Below, in pieces: positions 47,067 to 56,217 of a stretch of 64,000 nt of DNA. The notes below the pieces were generated by a model. The model was not told the DNA's origin and searched no databases. It saw nothing but the letters and a program-made list of their open reading frames with translations. The position numbers and the translations under genes are program-made. Each line of letters opens with the position of its first letter. Positions within the stretch are counted from its first letter, which is position 1. The stretch comes from an uncultured archaeon (GTDB lineage: Archaea > Iainarchaeota > Iainarchaeia > Iainarchaeales > 1-14-0-10-31-34): assembly GCA_964608675.1 (NCBI GenBank), contig CAZSOZ010000002.1:160001-224000 (forward strand). Reading direction: 5' to 3'.

Positions 47067-48206
47067 ATGCTGTCAAAAGAAAACAAAAACGAACTTAAAA
47101 AACAGCAATACAAAATTTTTTCGCAAAAAAGTTTGATCAAAAAAGGAACTCTTGCGAGTTCAAAAAAAAAAGATTTGATGTTAACAAAAGAAGCAAGAGC
47201 AGAATTAGAAAAACAGCAGTACAGGATTATTGGAAGCCATTCAGCTGTAAAAGTATGTGGATGGACAAAACAAATGCTGAGAGGAAAAGGAACCTGCTAT
47301 AAACACAAATTTTACGGCATTAAAAGCAATCAATGCCTGCAGATGACTACTTCATTAAGTTGCGCTAACAGATGTTTGTTTTGCTGGAGAGGATACAAAG
47401 CTCCTGTTTCAAAGGAATGGAAATGGCAAATAGACGAACCGGAATTTATTTTAGAAGAAAGTTTGGAAGAACAAAAAAAACTGTTGTCAGGTTTTAAGGG
47501 ATTCAAAGACGTAAAAATAAATTTATGGAATGAAAGCAATACAGTAAAACATGTTGCATTAAGCTTGAATGGAGAACCAATAATTTACCCAAAAATAAAT
47601 GAATTAATTGATTTAATGCATTCAAAAAAAATCTCAACTTTTTTGGTGACAAACGCGCAATACCCTGAACAAATAAAAAAATTAAAGCCAATCACTCAAT
47701 TATATATTAGCTTGGATGCACCAAACAAAAAACTCTTAAAAAAAATTGGCTTGCCTTTGTTTTCAGATTACTGGCAAAAGTTGAACAAAAGCCTGAAAGA
47801 ATTAAAGAAAAAAAAACAAAGAACTGCAATAAGAATTACTTTAATTAAAGGATTAAATGACGTTGAACCAGAAAATTACGCTGAATTAATAAAAAAAGCT
47901 GAACCTGATTTCATCGAAGTGAAAGCTTACATGTTTTTAGGGGAAAGCCGGAAAAGACTAAAAGAAGAAAACATGCCTTTGCATTCAGAAGTAAAAAAGT
48001 TTGCAGAAAAAATAAATGATTTTTTGGAGGAGTATGAAATTGCATCAGAACAAAAATCTTCAAGAGTAGTTTTGCTGGCAAAAAAATCCTTTAAAAAAAA
48101 AGGCAGATGGTTTACTTGGATTGATTTTGACAAGTTTTTTGAATTGATTTCAAAAAAGAAAAAATTTGAATCAAAAGAATATTTAAAAGAAATGAAAAAA
48201 GTTTAG
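47067..48206 (+). CDS. taw1: 4-demethylwyosine synthase (Taw1/TYW1), radical SAM
   Basis: HSAVKVCGW, CYKHKFYGI.S..C.QMT, CANRCLFCWR, ALSLNGEP, FIEVKAY. The canonical start is probably ATG 47178; ATG 47067 starts a duplicated N-terminus. Confidence 0.93.
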   Translation: MLSKENKNELKKQQYKIFSQKSLIKKGTLASSKKKDLMLTKEARAELEKQQYRIIGSHSAVKVCGWTKQMLRGKGTCYKHKFYGIKSNQCLQMTTSLSCANRCLFCWRGYKAPVSKEWKWQIDEPEFILEESLEEQKKLLSGFKGFKDVKINLWNESNTVKHVALSLNGEPIIYPKINELIDLMHSKKISTFLVTNAQYPEQIKKLKPITQLYISLDAPNKKLLKKIGLPLFSDYWQKLNKSLKELKKKKQRTAIRITLIKGLNDVEPENYAELIKKAEPDFIEVKAYMFLGESRKRLKEENMPLHSEVKKFAEKINDFLEEYEIASEQKSSRVVLLAKKSFKKKGRWFTWIDFDKFFELISKKKKFESKEYLKEMKKV

Positions 48207-49483
48207 CTTATTTTTTTTCCATTTAAATGAAAAGTTTTTGCATCAGTTATTTTTGCTTTAACTGTTTTTCCTAAAAGAATTTTTTCTTCAAACAAAACCT
48301 GCTTGTAGGAAAGGTTTCTTCCAATGCTTTGATTTGATTTTTTTCCTTTTTCGTCAATTAAGACTGAACAGATTTTGCCAATCCACTTTTTGTTGTTTTT
48401 TAAAGAAATTTCTTCAAACAAATTAGTTAGTTTCCTGGAACGGGATTTAATTTCGCTTCCAGTTAACTGAAACATTTTTGAAGCCAAAGTATTAGGGCGG
48501 GACTGAAAACGAGAAATATTCAAGACTTCAGGTTTAGTTTCTTTTACTAAATCAAGTGAATCCTGAAACTGTTTTTTTGTTTCAGTTGGAAAGCCCACTA
48601 TGATATCAGTAGCAATAGTCATTTCAGGAAATTCTTTTTTGAATTCTTTAATAATTTTTTTGTAGCCTTCAACAGAATATCTTCGATTCATTTTTTTAAG
48701 TATTTCATTGTTTCCTGATTGAACTGGAACATGCAGAAACTTAAACACTTTTTTGTTTTTGAATGACTGAATTAATTCAGAAAGGCTTTCAAGAATGTAA
48801 GTAGGATTGGTCATTCCAATTCTAATTAAAAAATTTCCTTCAAGCAAAGTGATTTTATTAATTAAGTCCGGCAGTTTTGATTTGCCGTTTTCTGTTCCAT
48901 AAGCCCCATTATCCTGAGAAGTAACCCAAATTTCCTTGCAGCCGTCATCCAACGCAGTCTTCACTTCTTCAAGGATTTGTTTTTCCGGAAAAGAAACCAA
49001 AGAACCTTTAATTAATTTAGTTGAACAATAAGAGCAAAAATCATTGCATCCTGAAAGAATTGGAATTATTCCTACAATTTTGTTGATTCTTTTTTTAGGG
49101 TAATTTAATTTAATTTTTTTTTTAAAAGAAATAAAATTTTTTTCTTTTTTTATTGCATCAAAAATGTGTTCAATGTTATGAGTATTAACTACAAGAATTT
49201 TTTCATTGATTAACTTAATTTGTTTAATTGTTTCTTTTGGAACACAACCAGCAACAACAATTCTTTTTTTTGGGTTTTTTTTCAGTAATTTTTTAATTGA
49301 ATTCAGGCAGTGGTTGACTGAAGGGCCTTTAACTGAACACATATTGAACACAATTATGTCAGCTGAATCAAATTCATTTGATTCTTCTGCTTTAAAGCCT
49401 TCTTTAATTAAAATGCCTGCCATGGCCTCTGATTCAGAGAAATTATTGCTGCAACCGTAAGTTTTAAAGACAACCTTTTGCAT
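48203..49483 (-). CDS. tRNA methylthiotransferase (archaeal MtaB/CDKAL1 type)
   Basis: TYGCSNN, NMCSVK, VAGCVP, GCNDFCSYC, HVPVQSG, TDIIVGFPTET, TRAM-like C-terminus. Confidence 0.92.
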   Translation of the reverse strand: MQKVVFKTYGCSNNFSESEAMAGILIKEGFKAEESNEFDSADIIVFNMCSVKGPSVNHCLNSIKKLLKKNPKKRIVVAGCVPKETIKQIKLINEKILVVNTHNIEHIFDAIKKEKNFISFKKKIKLNYPKKRINKIVGIIPILSGCNDFCSYCSTKLIKGSLVSFPEKQILEEVKTALDDGCKEIWVTSQDNGAYGTENGKSKLPDLINKITLLEGNFLIRIGMTNPTYILESLSELIQSFKNKKVFKFLHVPVQSGNNEILKKMNRRYSVEGYKKIIKEFKKEFPEMTIATDIIVGFPTETKKQFQDSLDLVKETKPEVLNISRFQSRPNTLASKMFQLTGSEIKSRSRKLTNLFEEISLKNNKKWIGKICSVLIDEKGKKSNQSIGRNLSYKQVLFEEKILLGKTVKAKITDAKTFHLNGKKIS

Positions 49484-49525
49484 TAAAAAAGTTTGGCAAA
49501 AAAAGTTTTTATAGAGGTGTTAAAT

Positions 49526-49747
49526 TTGACTGAATTAATTACAAGAAAAACAAATATCAGTGAACTTGTAAAAAAGTATCCTGAAGTAATCCCTGTTTTG
49601 TTTGAAAAAGGAATTCACTGTGTGGGGTGCCAGGCAGCAGCATTTGAAAACCTTGAACAAGGATTAAAAGCACATGGATTAACAGAAGAAGAAATACAAA
49701 AAACAATAGATGAATTAAATGCAAAAGCAGAAGAAAAAGAAAAGTGA
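49526..49747 (+). CDS. DUF1858 domain protein
   Basis: LVKKYPE..PVLFEKGIHCVGC.AA.FENLEQG..AHG; GAGGTG RBS before TTG 49526. Confidence 0.85.
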   Translation: MTELITRKTNISELVKKYPEVIPVLFEKGIHCVGCQAAAFENLEQGLKAHGLTEEEIQKTIDELNAKAEEKEK

Positions 49748-49751
49748 TAAA

Positions 49752-50699
49752 ATGAAAGTAGAAAAAGTTTTTTTGGTTTCTCCAAGAGGGTTTTGTGCAG
49801 GAGTAAAAAGAGCAGTGGAAGTAGTTGAAGATTGTTTAAAGCTTTTTGGAAGTCCGGTTTATGTAAAGCATGAAATAGTTCACAACAAAAGAGTTGTAGA
49901 AGACTTAGAAAAAAAAGGCGCAGTAACAATAGAGGATTTAAATGATGTTCCTGAAAATTCTGTTGTAGTGTTTTCTGCTCATGGTTCTCCGCCAAAACAT
50001 TATGAATTAGCAAAAAAAAGAAATTTAAAGGTAATTGATGCAACCTGTCCGCTGGTAACCAAAGTTCACTTGGAAGTAAAAAATTTTGCAAAAGAAGGAT
50101 TCAAAATCATTTACATTTGCCATAAAAATCACATTGAAGCAAAAGGAGTTATGGCTGAATTAAAAGAAGGAATTTATCCAGTGGAAACAATTGAAGACAT
50201 ACAAAAACTTGAAATAGGAAAACCCCAAAAACTTGTTTATTTAAGCCAGACAACCTTAAGCGTAAACGAAACAAAAAAAATAATTGAAGCAGTCAAAAAA
50301 AAGTATCCGTATATTACTGACCCCCCAAAAGAAGACATTTGTTATGCAACAACAAACAGACAGAAAGCAGTAAAAGAATTAGTGAAAAAAGTTGATTTAA
50401 TTTTAATTATAGGCTCAAAAACTTCATCTAATTCTCAAAGACTAAAAGAAACCGCTTTGTCTCACGGAAAAAAAGCTTTTCTTGTGGGCAGAATTGAAGA
50501 CCTCAAAGAAGAATGGTTTGAAGGAATAAAAAACGTTGGAATAAGTGCCGGTGCAAGTTCTCCTGAAAAAGTAGTTGAAGAAATAGTTGACTATTTTTTA
50601 AACAAAGGAGCAAAAAAAGAACAGCTTTTAATTTTAGAAGAAAAAATGCAGTTTGTTGAACCATTTGAATTAACTAAAATGAAAAAAGAGAAAAAATAA
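49752..50699 (+). CDS. ispH: 4-hydroxy-3-methylbut-2-enyl diphosphate reductase
   Basis: PRGFCAGVKRA, EIVHN, FSAHG, DATCPLVTKVH, H.E, SQTTL, DICYATTNRQ, SSNS, AGASSP; all three Fe-S Cys are present. Confidence 0.96.
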   Translation: MKVEKVFLVSPRGFCAGVKRAVEVVEDCLKLFGSPVYVKHEIVHNKRVVEDLEKKGAVTIEDLNDVPENSVVVFSAHGSPPKHYELAKKRNLKVIDATCPLVTKVHLEVKNFAKEGFKIIYICHKNHIEAKGVMAELKEGIYPVETIEDIQKLEIGKPQKLVYLSQTTLSVNETKKIIEAVKKKYPYITDPPKEDICYATTNRQKAVKELVKKVDLILIIGSKTSSNSQRLKETALSHGKKAFLVGRIEDLKEEWFEGIKNVGISAGASSPEKVVEEIVDYFLNKGAKKEQLLILEEKMQFVEPFELTKMKKEKK

Positions 50700-50711
50700 A
50701 GAAAAAATTAT

Positions 50712-51197
50712 TTACTCTCTTTTTGCCAGCTGAGAGTCAATCATCAGCAAACCGTTTTTTGAGTTTTCAACCATTTTTAGTTTTTCAACGATTTTTCCTG
50801 CGGTGTCTTCTTCTTCAACCTGCTCTGAAACAAACCATTGAATGAAAACTTCTGTAGCAAAATCTTTTTCTGTTTTTGAAAGCTCAAAAATATTGTTTAT
50901 CTGGGATGAAACAAGCTTTTCGTGTTTTAAAGCGTCTTCAAATGCATGCAAAGGAGACTTCCATTCTGTTTCAGGAGCATTAATTTCAGTTAAAATCATT
51001 TTTCCTCCTCTTTCATGCACGAAATCAAATATTTTCATTGCATGAATCCATTCTTCTTCTGATTGTTTTTTCATCCAATGAGCAAAACCCTCTAAATTCA
51101 ACGAATCAAAGTAGGCTGACATCGACAAATACAAATAAGAAGAAAAATACTCGCTATTAAACTGCTTGTTTAAAATTTCCTCTATTTTTTTATTCAT
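50712..51197 (-). CDS. ftnA: Non-heme ferritin
   Basis: EYFSSYLYLSM, EEWIHAMK, HEKLV, QWFVSEQVEEE. Confidence 0.93.
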   Translation of the reverse strand: MNKKIEEILNKQFNSEYFSSYLYLSMSAYFDSLNLEGFAHWMKKQSEEEWIHAMKIFDFVHERGGKMILTEINAPETEWKSPLHAFEDALKHEKLVSSQINNIFELSKTEKDFATEVFIQWFVSEQVEEEDTAGKIVEKLKMVENSKNGLLMIDSQLAKRE

Positions 51198-51268
51198 TCA
51201 TTTCACCTCAAATTTTTTTTGTTTTTTTTTATTTATTTTCATTTTATTTTTTAAGTTTTTTTTTGGCT

Positions 51269-51874
51269 TTATTTTTTTGCTTTTAAGTAGTGTTCGTTAA
51301 CTTTGTTCCAGTTAATTACATTAAAGAATGCTTCAATGTATTCAGGTCGCTTGTTTTGGTATTTCAAATAATAAGCGTGCTCCCATACATCCAAAACAAG
51401 CAAAGGAAACATTCCTGCAGTCAAAGGACTTTCCTGGTTTGGAGTCTGAATTATTTCAAGTTCTCCTTTGTTTAATACCAGCCAAGTCCATCCGCTTCCA
51501 AACAAAGTTCCTGCAGAATCAGAAAATTTTTTTTTAAAGTTTTCATAGGAACCAAATTTTTCTTTTATTTTTTCTGCGATTTCTCCTTTAAATTCAATGT
51601 CTTTTTTGAGGATTGTCCAAAAAAAGTTATGGTTGGCTACTCCTCCGCCGTTGTTTTTTACTGCAGTCCTTATTTCATTTGGAAGAGAATTTAAAGCTGA
51701 AACCAGTTCTTCAGGAGATTTTTTTTGCAGTTCTTCATGACCCTCCAATGCCTTATTTAATTTATTTACATATCCTTGATGATGCTTTGAATAATGCACT
51801 TCCATTGTTTTTGCGTCAATGAAAGGCTCTAATGCATCATACGAAAAAGTAAGCTTCATTAATTCATATTTCAT
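51269..51874 (-). CDS. sod: Fe/Mn superoxide dismutase
   Basis: YDALEP, HYSKHHQGYV, NGGGVANH, FGSGW, DVWEHAYY; GAGG RBS before ATG 51874. Confidence 0.96.
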   Translation of the reverse strand: MKYELMKLTFSYDALEPFIDAKTMEVHYSKHHQGYVNKLNKALEGHEELQKKSPEELVSALNSLPNEIRTAVKNNGGGVANHNFFWTILKKDIEFKGEIAEKIKEKFGSYENFKKKFSDSAGTLFGSGWTWLVLNKGELEIIQTPNQESPLTAGMFPLLVLDVWEHAYYLKYQNKRPEYIEAFFNVINWNKVNEHYLKAKK

Positions 51875-51934
51875 TTTTAATTCCTCCTTAAAAAATAATT
51901 TTTTTAATTTTTTATTTTTCATTCAATTTTAAAT

Positions 51935-52498
51935 TCAAATTTTTCCAACTAAATTCAAGCCGGGTTCAAGGGTTTTGTCTCCTTCCTTCCAGCCTGCAGG
52001 ACAAACCTGCCCTTTATGTTCTTCTGTAAATTTTGCTGCCTGAATTTTTCTGATTAATTCAGAGGTACTTCTTCCAATGTCATTGTGATGAAATTCAAAT
52101 GCTTTAATTATTCCGTCAGGGTCAATTACAAAAGTTGCTCTGACACTTAATCCTTCTTCTTCAATTAAAGTTCCAAAAGAAGCACATACTTTTCCTGTAG
52201 GATCTGCAACCATCGGAAAACTTATTTTTTTGATTGTTTCAGAACTGTCATGCCATGCTTTATGAACGAATTCAGTGTCCTTGCTTACACTTAAAATTTC
52301 GGTGTTCATTTCCTGAAATTTTTTGTAGTTGTCTGCCAGTTCTCCTAATTCTGTGGGGCACACAAAAGTGAAATCAGCAGGATAAAAAAATAAAACAACC
52401 CATTTTCCTTTGAAATCAGAAAGCTTTAATTCTTTTATTTTGCCGTCATGGAAAGCTTTGGCAATGAAATTAGGTGCTTTTTCATTAATTTTAATCAT
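51935..52498 (-). CDS. ahpC: 2-Cys peroxiredoxin
   Basis: FFYPADFTFVCPTEL, HKAWH, RATFVIDPDG, VCPAGW. Confidence 0.95.
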   Translation of the reverse strand: MIKINEKAPNFIAKAFHDGKIKELKLSDFKGKWVVLFFYPADFTFVCPTELGELADNYKKFQEMNTEILSVSKDTEFVHKAWHDSSETIKKISFPMVADPTGKVCASFGTLIEEEGLSVRATFVIDPDGIIKAFEFHHNDIGRSTSELIRKIQAAKFTEEHKGQVCPAGWKEGDKTLEPGLNLVGKI

Positions 52499-52893
52499 TT
52501 TTTTACCTTCTTTTTGCTGCATTCAGAACATAAACCATAAAAAATTACGTTAACTGAATCAGGCTTGAATTCTCTTGACTTGAATTTGTCAAGCAGGTCT
52601 TTTGGAAAATTTTTGTCAGTGTATTCAATTATTTTTCCGCAGTTCCTGCATACACAGTGTTCATGAAGATTACAGTCAGCATCAAATCTGAATTCCCCGT
52701 TAATTTCAAGCCTGCAGATTTTACCTAGTTCAGCCAGCTTGCTTAAATTCCTGTAAACCGTTGCACGGGTAATTGACGGAACCTCTTCTTTTACTGCATT
52801 ATAAATTGTTTCTGCATTAGGATGGGATTTAACTTTTTTCAGGTAATCAAGAATTTTATGCATTTGAACTGTGTTTCTTATTTCTAAAGACAT
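52495..52893 (-). CDS. Fur-family regulator (PerR-like)
   Basis: SHPNAE.IY, RATVYRNL, RFDA...HEHCVCRNCG, GLCSEC; first gene of the ahpC-sod-ferritin cluster. Confidence 0.9.
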   Translation of the reverse strand: MSLEIRNTVQMHKILDYLKKVKSHPNAETIYNAVKEEVPSITRATVYRNLSKLAELGKICRLEINGEFRFDADCNLHEHCVCRNCGKIIEYTDKNFPKDLLDKFKSREFKPDSVNVIFYGLCSECSKKKVKK

Positions 52894-52991
52894 AAACAAA
52901 CCTTATTTATAATAAATATTAATTAGTAGCAATTATTATTTAAAGCTTTTGGTTGGTTTTTTGGTTTAAAAGAAATTTTTTTCATAAATAT

Positions 52992-54050
52992 TTATCTATT
53001 TAAATATGCTTCAAACAAGATGTCTGAACCTGATTTGCAGAAAACCGGATTTTTTAATTGAATTGATTTGCTTATTTTTTTTGTTTCAAGCTGACCAAAA
53101 ACAGGAACTGCATCATTTCCAAAAATTTTTGGAGAAATAAAAAACATTAATTTGTCTGCAAGTTTTTCCTTCAAAAAAGAAGTAAAAATTTGAGAGCCTC
53201 CCTCAACTAAAACAGAAGAAATATTTCTTTTTCCGAGTTCAATTAAAAGTTTTTTTAAGTCAACTGAATTGTTTTTTCCTTTAATTTCTATTACTTTTTC
53301 TTTGAATTTTTTTTCTGGAAAAAGTTTTTTGTCTGTTCCTGCAATCAAAAAGTTTTTATCAGAAAAAACATTTAAGCTGGAAGAAATTTTTTTGGAGCAA
53401 ACAATTATTCTTAAAGGGTTTCTGCTTTTTGGAATCCTTGAAGTAAGTTTTGGATTGTCTTTTTTTGCAGTATTTTCTCCGATTAAAACTGCATCAATTT
53501 TTGAACGAAGAGCATGCACTAGTTTTCTTGATTCAAGGGAAGAAATCCATTTTGAATCAAAGTTTTTTAATGCTATTTTTCCATCCAAAGAAACTGCTGC
53601 TTTAAGGACTACAAAAGGCTTTCTTGTTTTTTGAAATTTAATGTATGCTTCATTTATTTTTTTTGCTTTTTTTTCAAGCAGGCCTGTTTCAACTTTTATT
53701 CCTGCTTTTTTTAATTCGTTTATTCCTTTTCCATTAACTAAAGGATTCGGGTCCTTTAAAGCAACTGCAACTTTTTTTATGCCTGACTGAATTATTGCTT
53801 TTGTGCAGGGAGGAGTTCTTCCGTAATGAGAGCAGGGTTCAAGAGAAACAAACATTTCAGCATTAACTGCTTTTTTTCCTGCTTTATTTAAAGCATTAAT
53901 TTCTGCGTGCTTTCCTGCGTTTTTTTCATAAAATCCTTCGCCAATAATTTTTTTGTTTTTAACTATTATACAGCCTACGAAAGGATTTGGAGAAACATTT
54001 GCTTTAAGGGAAATTTCCAAGGCTCTTTCCATGAATTTTTTTTTGTTCAT
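52992..54050 (-). CDS. ribD: Bifunctional pyrimidine deaminase/reductase (bacterial type)
   Basis: PNPFVGC, HAEINAL, LEPCSHYGRTPPC, SLDGKIA, VLVEGG. Confidence 0.95.
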   Translation of the reverse strand: MNKKKFMERALEISLKANVSPNPFVGCIIVKNKKIIGEGFYEKNAGKHAEINALNKAGKKAVNAEMFVSLEPCSHYGRTPPCTKAIIQSGIKKVAVALKDPNPLVNGKGINELKKAGIKVETGLLEKKAKKINEAYIKFQKTRKPFVVLKAAVSLDGKIALKNFDSKWISSLESRKLVHALRSKIDAVLIGENTAKKDNPKLTSRIPKSRNPLRIIVCSKKISSSLNVFSDKNFLIAGTDKKLFPEKKFKEKVIEIKGKNNSVDLKKLLIELGKRNISSVLVEGGSQIFTSFLKEKLADKLMFFISPKIFGNDAVPVFGQLETKKISKSIQLKNPVFCKSGSDILFEAYLNR

Positions 54051-55234
54051 AACAAATGGCCTAATTTTTCTTTTTTTGTCTGAAAATAATTTTTTGAAAA
54101 ATTTGTTGGAGAAATCTTTAAGGGAATTCTTTTGCTTACAGTTATTCCGTTTTCTTTCAACTGCTTAATTTTTTCAGGGTTGTTGGTCATTAACTTAATT
54201 TTTTTTGCTCCAAGTTTTTTGAGGATTTCAGCTGCAACAGCAAAACTTCTTTCATCAGGTTTATGGCCTAAAGCAGTGTTTGCCTGAACTGTATCAAAAC
54301 CCTGTTCCTGCAAATGATAAGCCTTAATTTTTTCAATTATTCCTATTCCCCTTCCCTCCTGAAACAAATAAACCAGAATTCCTGCGCTTTCCTCATTTAT
54401 TTTTTGAAGAGAAGATTCAAGCTGGCTTCCGCAATCGCATTTAAGAGAATGAAAAATTTCTCCAGTAATGCACTGAGAATGAAGCCTTACCAAAACTTCC
54501 TTGTTTTTTATTTCTCCTTTAACTAATGCAAGATGAACAGAATTATCAGAAGAAAAACTGAAAGCCATTAATTTCATTAAACCAAATTTGGTTGGAAGAA
54601 CAGCAGAAGACTCAATTTTAACTAATTCATCAAATTCTTTTCTGAATTCAATTAAATCATCAATTGAAACCATTTTAATTTTGTGTTCATCAGAAAACTC
54701 CTTTAATTCATTCAAGTTTTTAACTGAACCATTTTTATTTACAAGCTCTCCTATGACTCCTGCAGGATAATGCTCAGAAAGCCTTGCTAAATCAACTGCA
54801 GCTTCTGTGTGGCCTTCTCTTCCAAGAACTCCTAAAGGATGAGCAAACAAAGGAAAAACGTGGCCAGGGAAACCAAAATCCTTTTTTTCTGCAGAAAAAG
54901 AAATTAATGTCTTAATTGTTTGATTTCTGTCTTTAGCTGAAATCCCTGAACCTACTTTATTGACGGCATCAACAGAAACAGAAAAACTTGTATTAAAATT
55001 ATCTGAACTTTTTTTAACCATTCTTGGAATACCCAATTCATTAAGCCTTTTTTCCTGCATTGGAACACAAATTATTCCAGAAGTATGGTTGACCATGAAA
55101 GCCATTTTTTGTTCAGTTAATTTTTCTGCAGGAACAAACAAGTCTCCTTCGCTTTCCCTGTCTTTATGATCCACTACAATCAAAAAATTTCCTTTCTTTA
55201 ATTCATTCAAAGCTTCAGAAACAGACGAAAACAT
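54047..55234 (-). CDS. ribBA: Bifunctional DHBP synthase / GTP cyclohydrolase II
   Basis: DRESEGDL, GISAKDR, PGHVFPL, GHTEAAVDL; RLHSQCITGE.F.SLKCDCG, QEGRGIG, TNNPEK. Confidence 0.95.
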   Translation of the reverse strand: MFSSVSEALNELKKGNFLIVVDHKDRESEGDLFVPAEKLTEQKMAFMVNHTSGIICVPMQEKRLNELGIPRMVKKSSDNFNTSFSVSVDAVNKVGSGISAKDRNQTIKTLISFSAEKKDFGFPGHVFPLFAHPLGVLGREGHTEAAVDLARLSEHYPAGVIGELVNKNGSVKNLNELKEFSDEHKIKMVSIDDLIEFRKEFDELVKIESSAVLPTKFGLMKLMAFSFSSDNSVHLALVKGEIKNKEVLVRLHSQCITGEIFHSLKCDCGSQLESSLQKINEESAGILVYLFQEGRGIGIIEKIKAYHLQEQGFDTVQANTALGHKPDERSFAVAAEILKKLGAKKIKLMTNNPEKIKQLKENGITVSKRIPLKISPTNFSKNYFQTKKEKLGHLL

Positions 55235-56116
55235 TTATTTCACCTTTAATGATTTAAAAACTGATTCAACTGAATGCCTTGCATAAGATTCAATTCTTTT
55301 AACTGCCTGTTCCTTTGAAATCCCTGGACCAGAAACTCCAAAAGCAACAGGTTTATTGAATTCAAGACTTAAAGAAAAAACTTTGTCAGCACAAGTAAAA
55401 GCAACAACTTCGTCATGAAAAGTTTCTCCTTTAATTACTGCCCCCAAAACAATCACTGCATTAATATCCTTCTCCTTTAAAAGAAATTTGACTGCCAGAG
55501 GAGCATCCAAAACGCCTGAAACATGAATTGATTCTTTTACCAGCATTCCAAGTCTTTCTGCATGAATTAAAGCAGTTGACTTCATTTTATGAGTGATATC
55601 TGAATTATAATCCGAAACAACCAAACCAAGTTTTATTGTTTTACTGAAAGGAGGCTTAATTTGCCCTTCATCAGAAAAACCCTGGCGTCTTCCTTTTCCA
55701 GCAAATTCAGAAAGAACAGTTTTGCTTTCAAGTAAAGCCAAAGCATTCAAAACATGCTTTTTTGTTCTTTGTTCAGCTATACTGTAAAGTTGTTCTTCAG
55801 TTTTTGCTTCATCCATATGAACAAAAACTTCAAGAATAAACTTGTTTTCCGACAACTGCACGCGCTGAATAGAAAGAGAAGCTTCATGAGAACAAGTTTT
55901 ATCAATTTTTTCAGGACCGGGCATCCCCAAAGCAATAACCAAATCACAATTGTGTTGCTGGAAAAGTTTTTGACAGGCAACAGGAAGGTCTTTAATGCCT
56001 GGAACCGTAAATCTTTCAATGTCTCCCTGAAAACCTGATTCAGTTAATTGCTGTTCAACAAAATCAAACATGTTTACTCTGGAAAAAGTTGTGTCAGCAA
56101 TACCAATTTTAACCAT
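55235..56116 (-). CDS. Fusion of archaeal-type riboflavin synthase (RibC) and lumazine synthase (RibH)
   Basis: N-half KIGIADTTFSRVNM...TVPGIKDLPVAC...GMPG..IDK...EVFVHMDEA...GKGRRQGFSDEG. C-half LGLVVSDYNSDIT...GAVIKGETFHDEVV...KPVAFGVSGPG. One open frame. Confidence 0.9.
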   Translation of the reverse strand: MVKIGIADTTFSRVNMFDFVEQQLTESGFQGDIERFTVPGIKDLPVACQKLFQQHNCDLVIALGMPGPEKIDKTCSHEASLSIQRVQLSENKFILEVFVHMDEAKTEEQLYSIAEQRTKKHVLNALALLESKTVLSEFAGKGRRQGFSDEGQIKPPFSKTIKLGLVVSDYNSDITHKMKSTALIHAERLGMLVKESIHVSGVLDAPLAVKFLLKEKDINAVIVLGAVIKGETFHDEVVAFTCADKVFSLSLEFNKPVAFGVSGPGISKEQAVKRIESYARHSVESVFKSLKVK

Positions 56117-56217
56117 AAAATAAAAAGAAAACAGATTACTTAAAAATGTTTGGCTACTCAAAAAAGAGTAGATGCTTTGGGGAATGCATTCTGCTCAAAA
56201 ACAAAAACTTTTTTTTG

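Noticed and set aside
56117-56217. FMN riboswitch upstream of the rib operon
   Set aside because: Only a small hairpin (ctactc-aaaaaa-gagtag) is present; no RFN consensus, and the region is too short.
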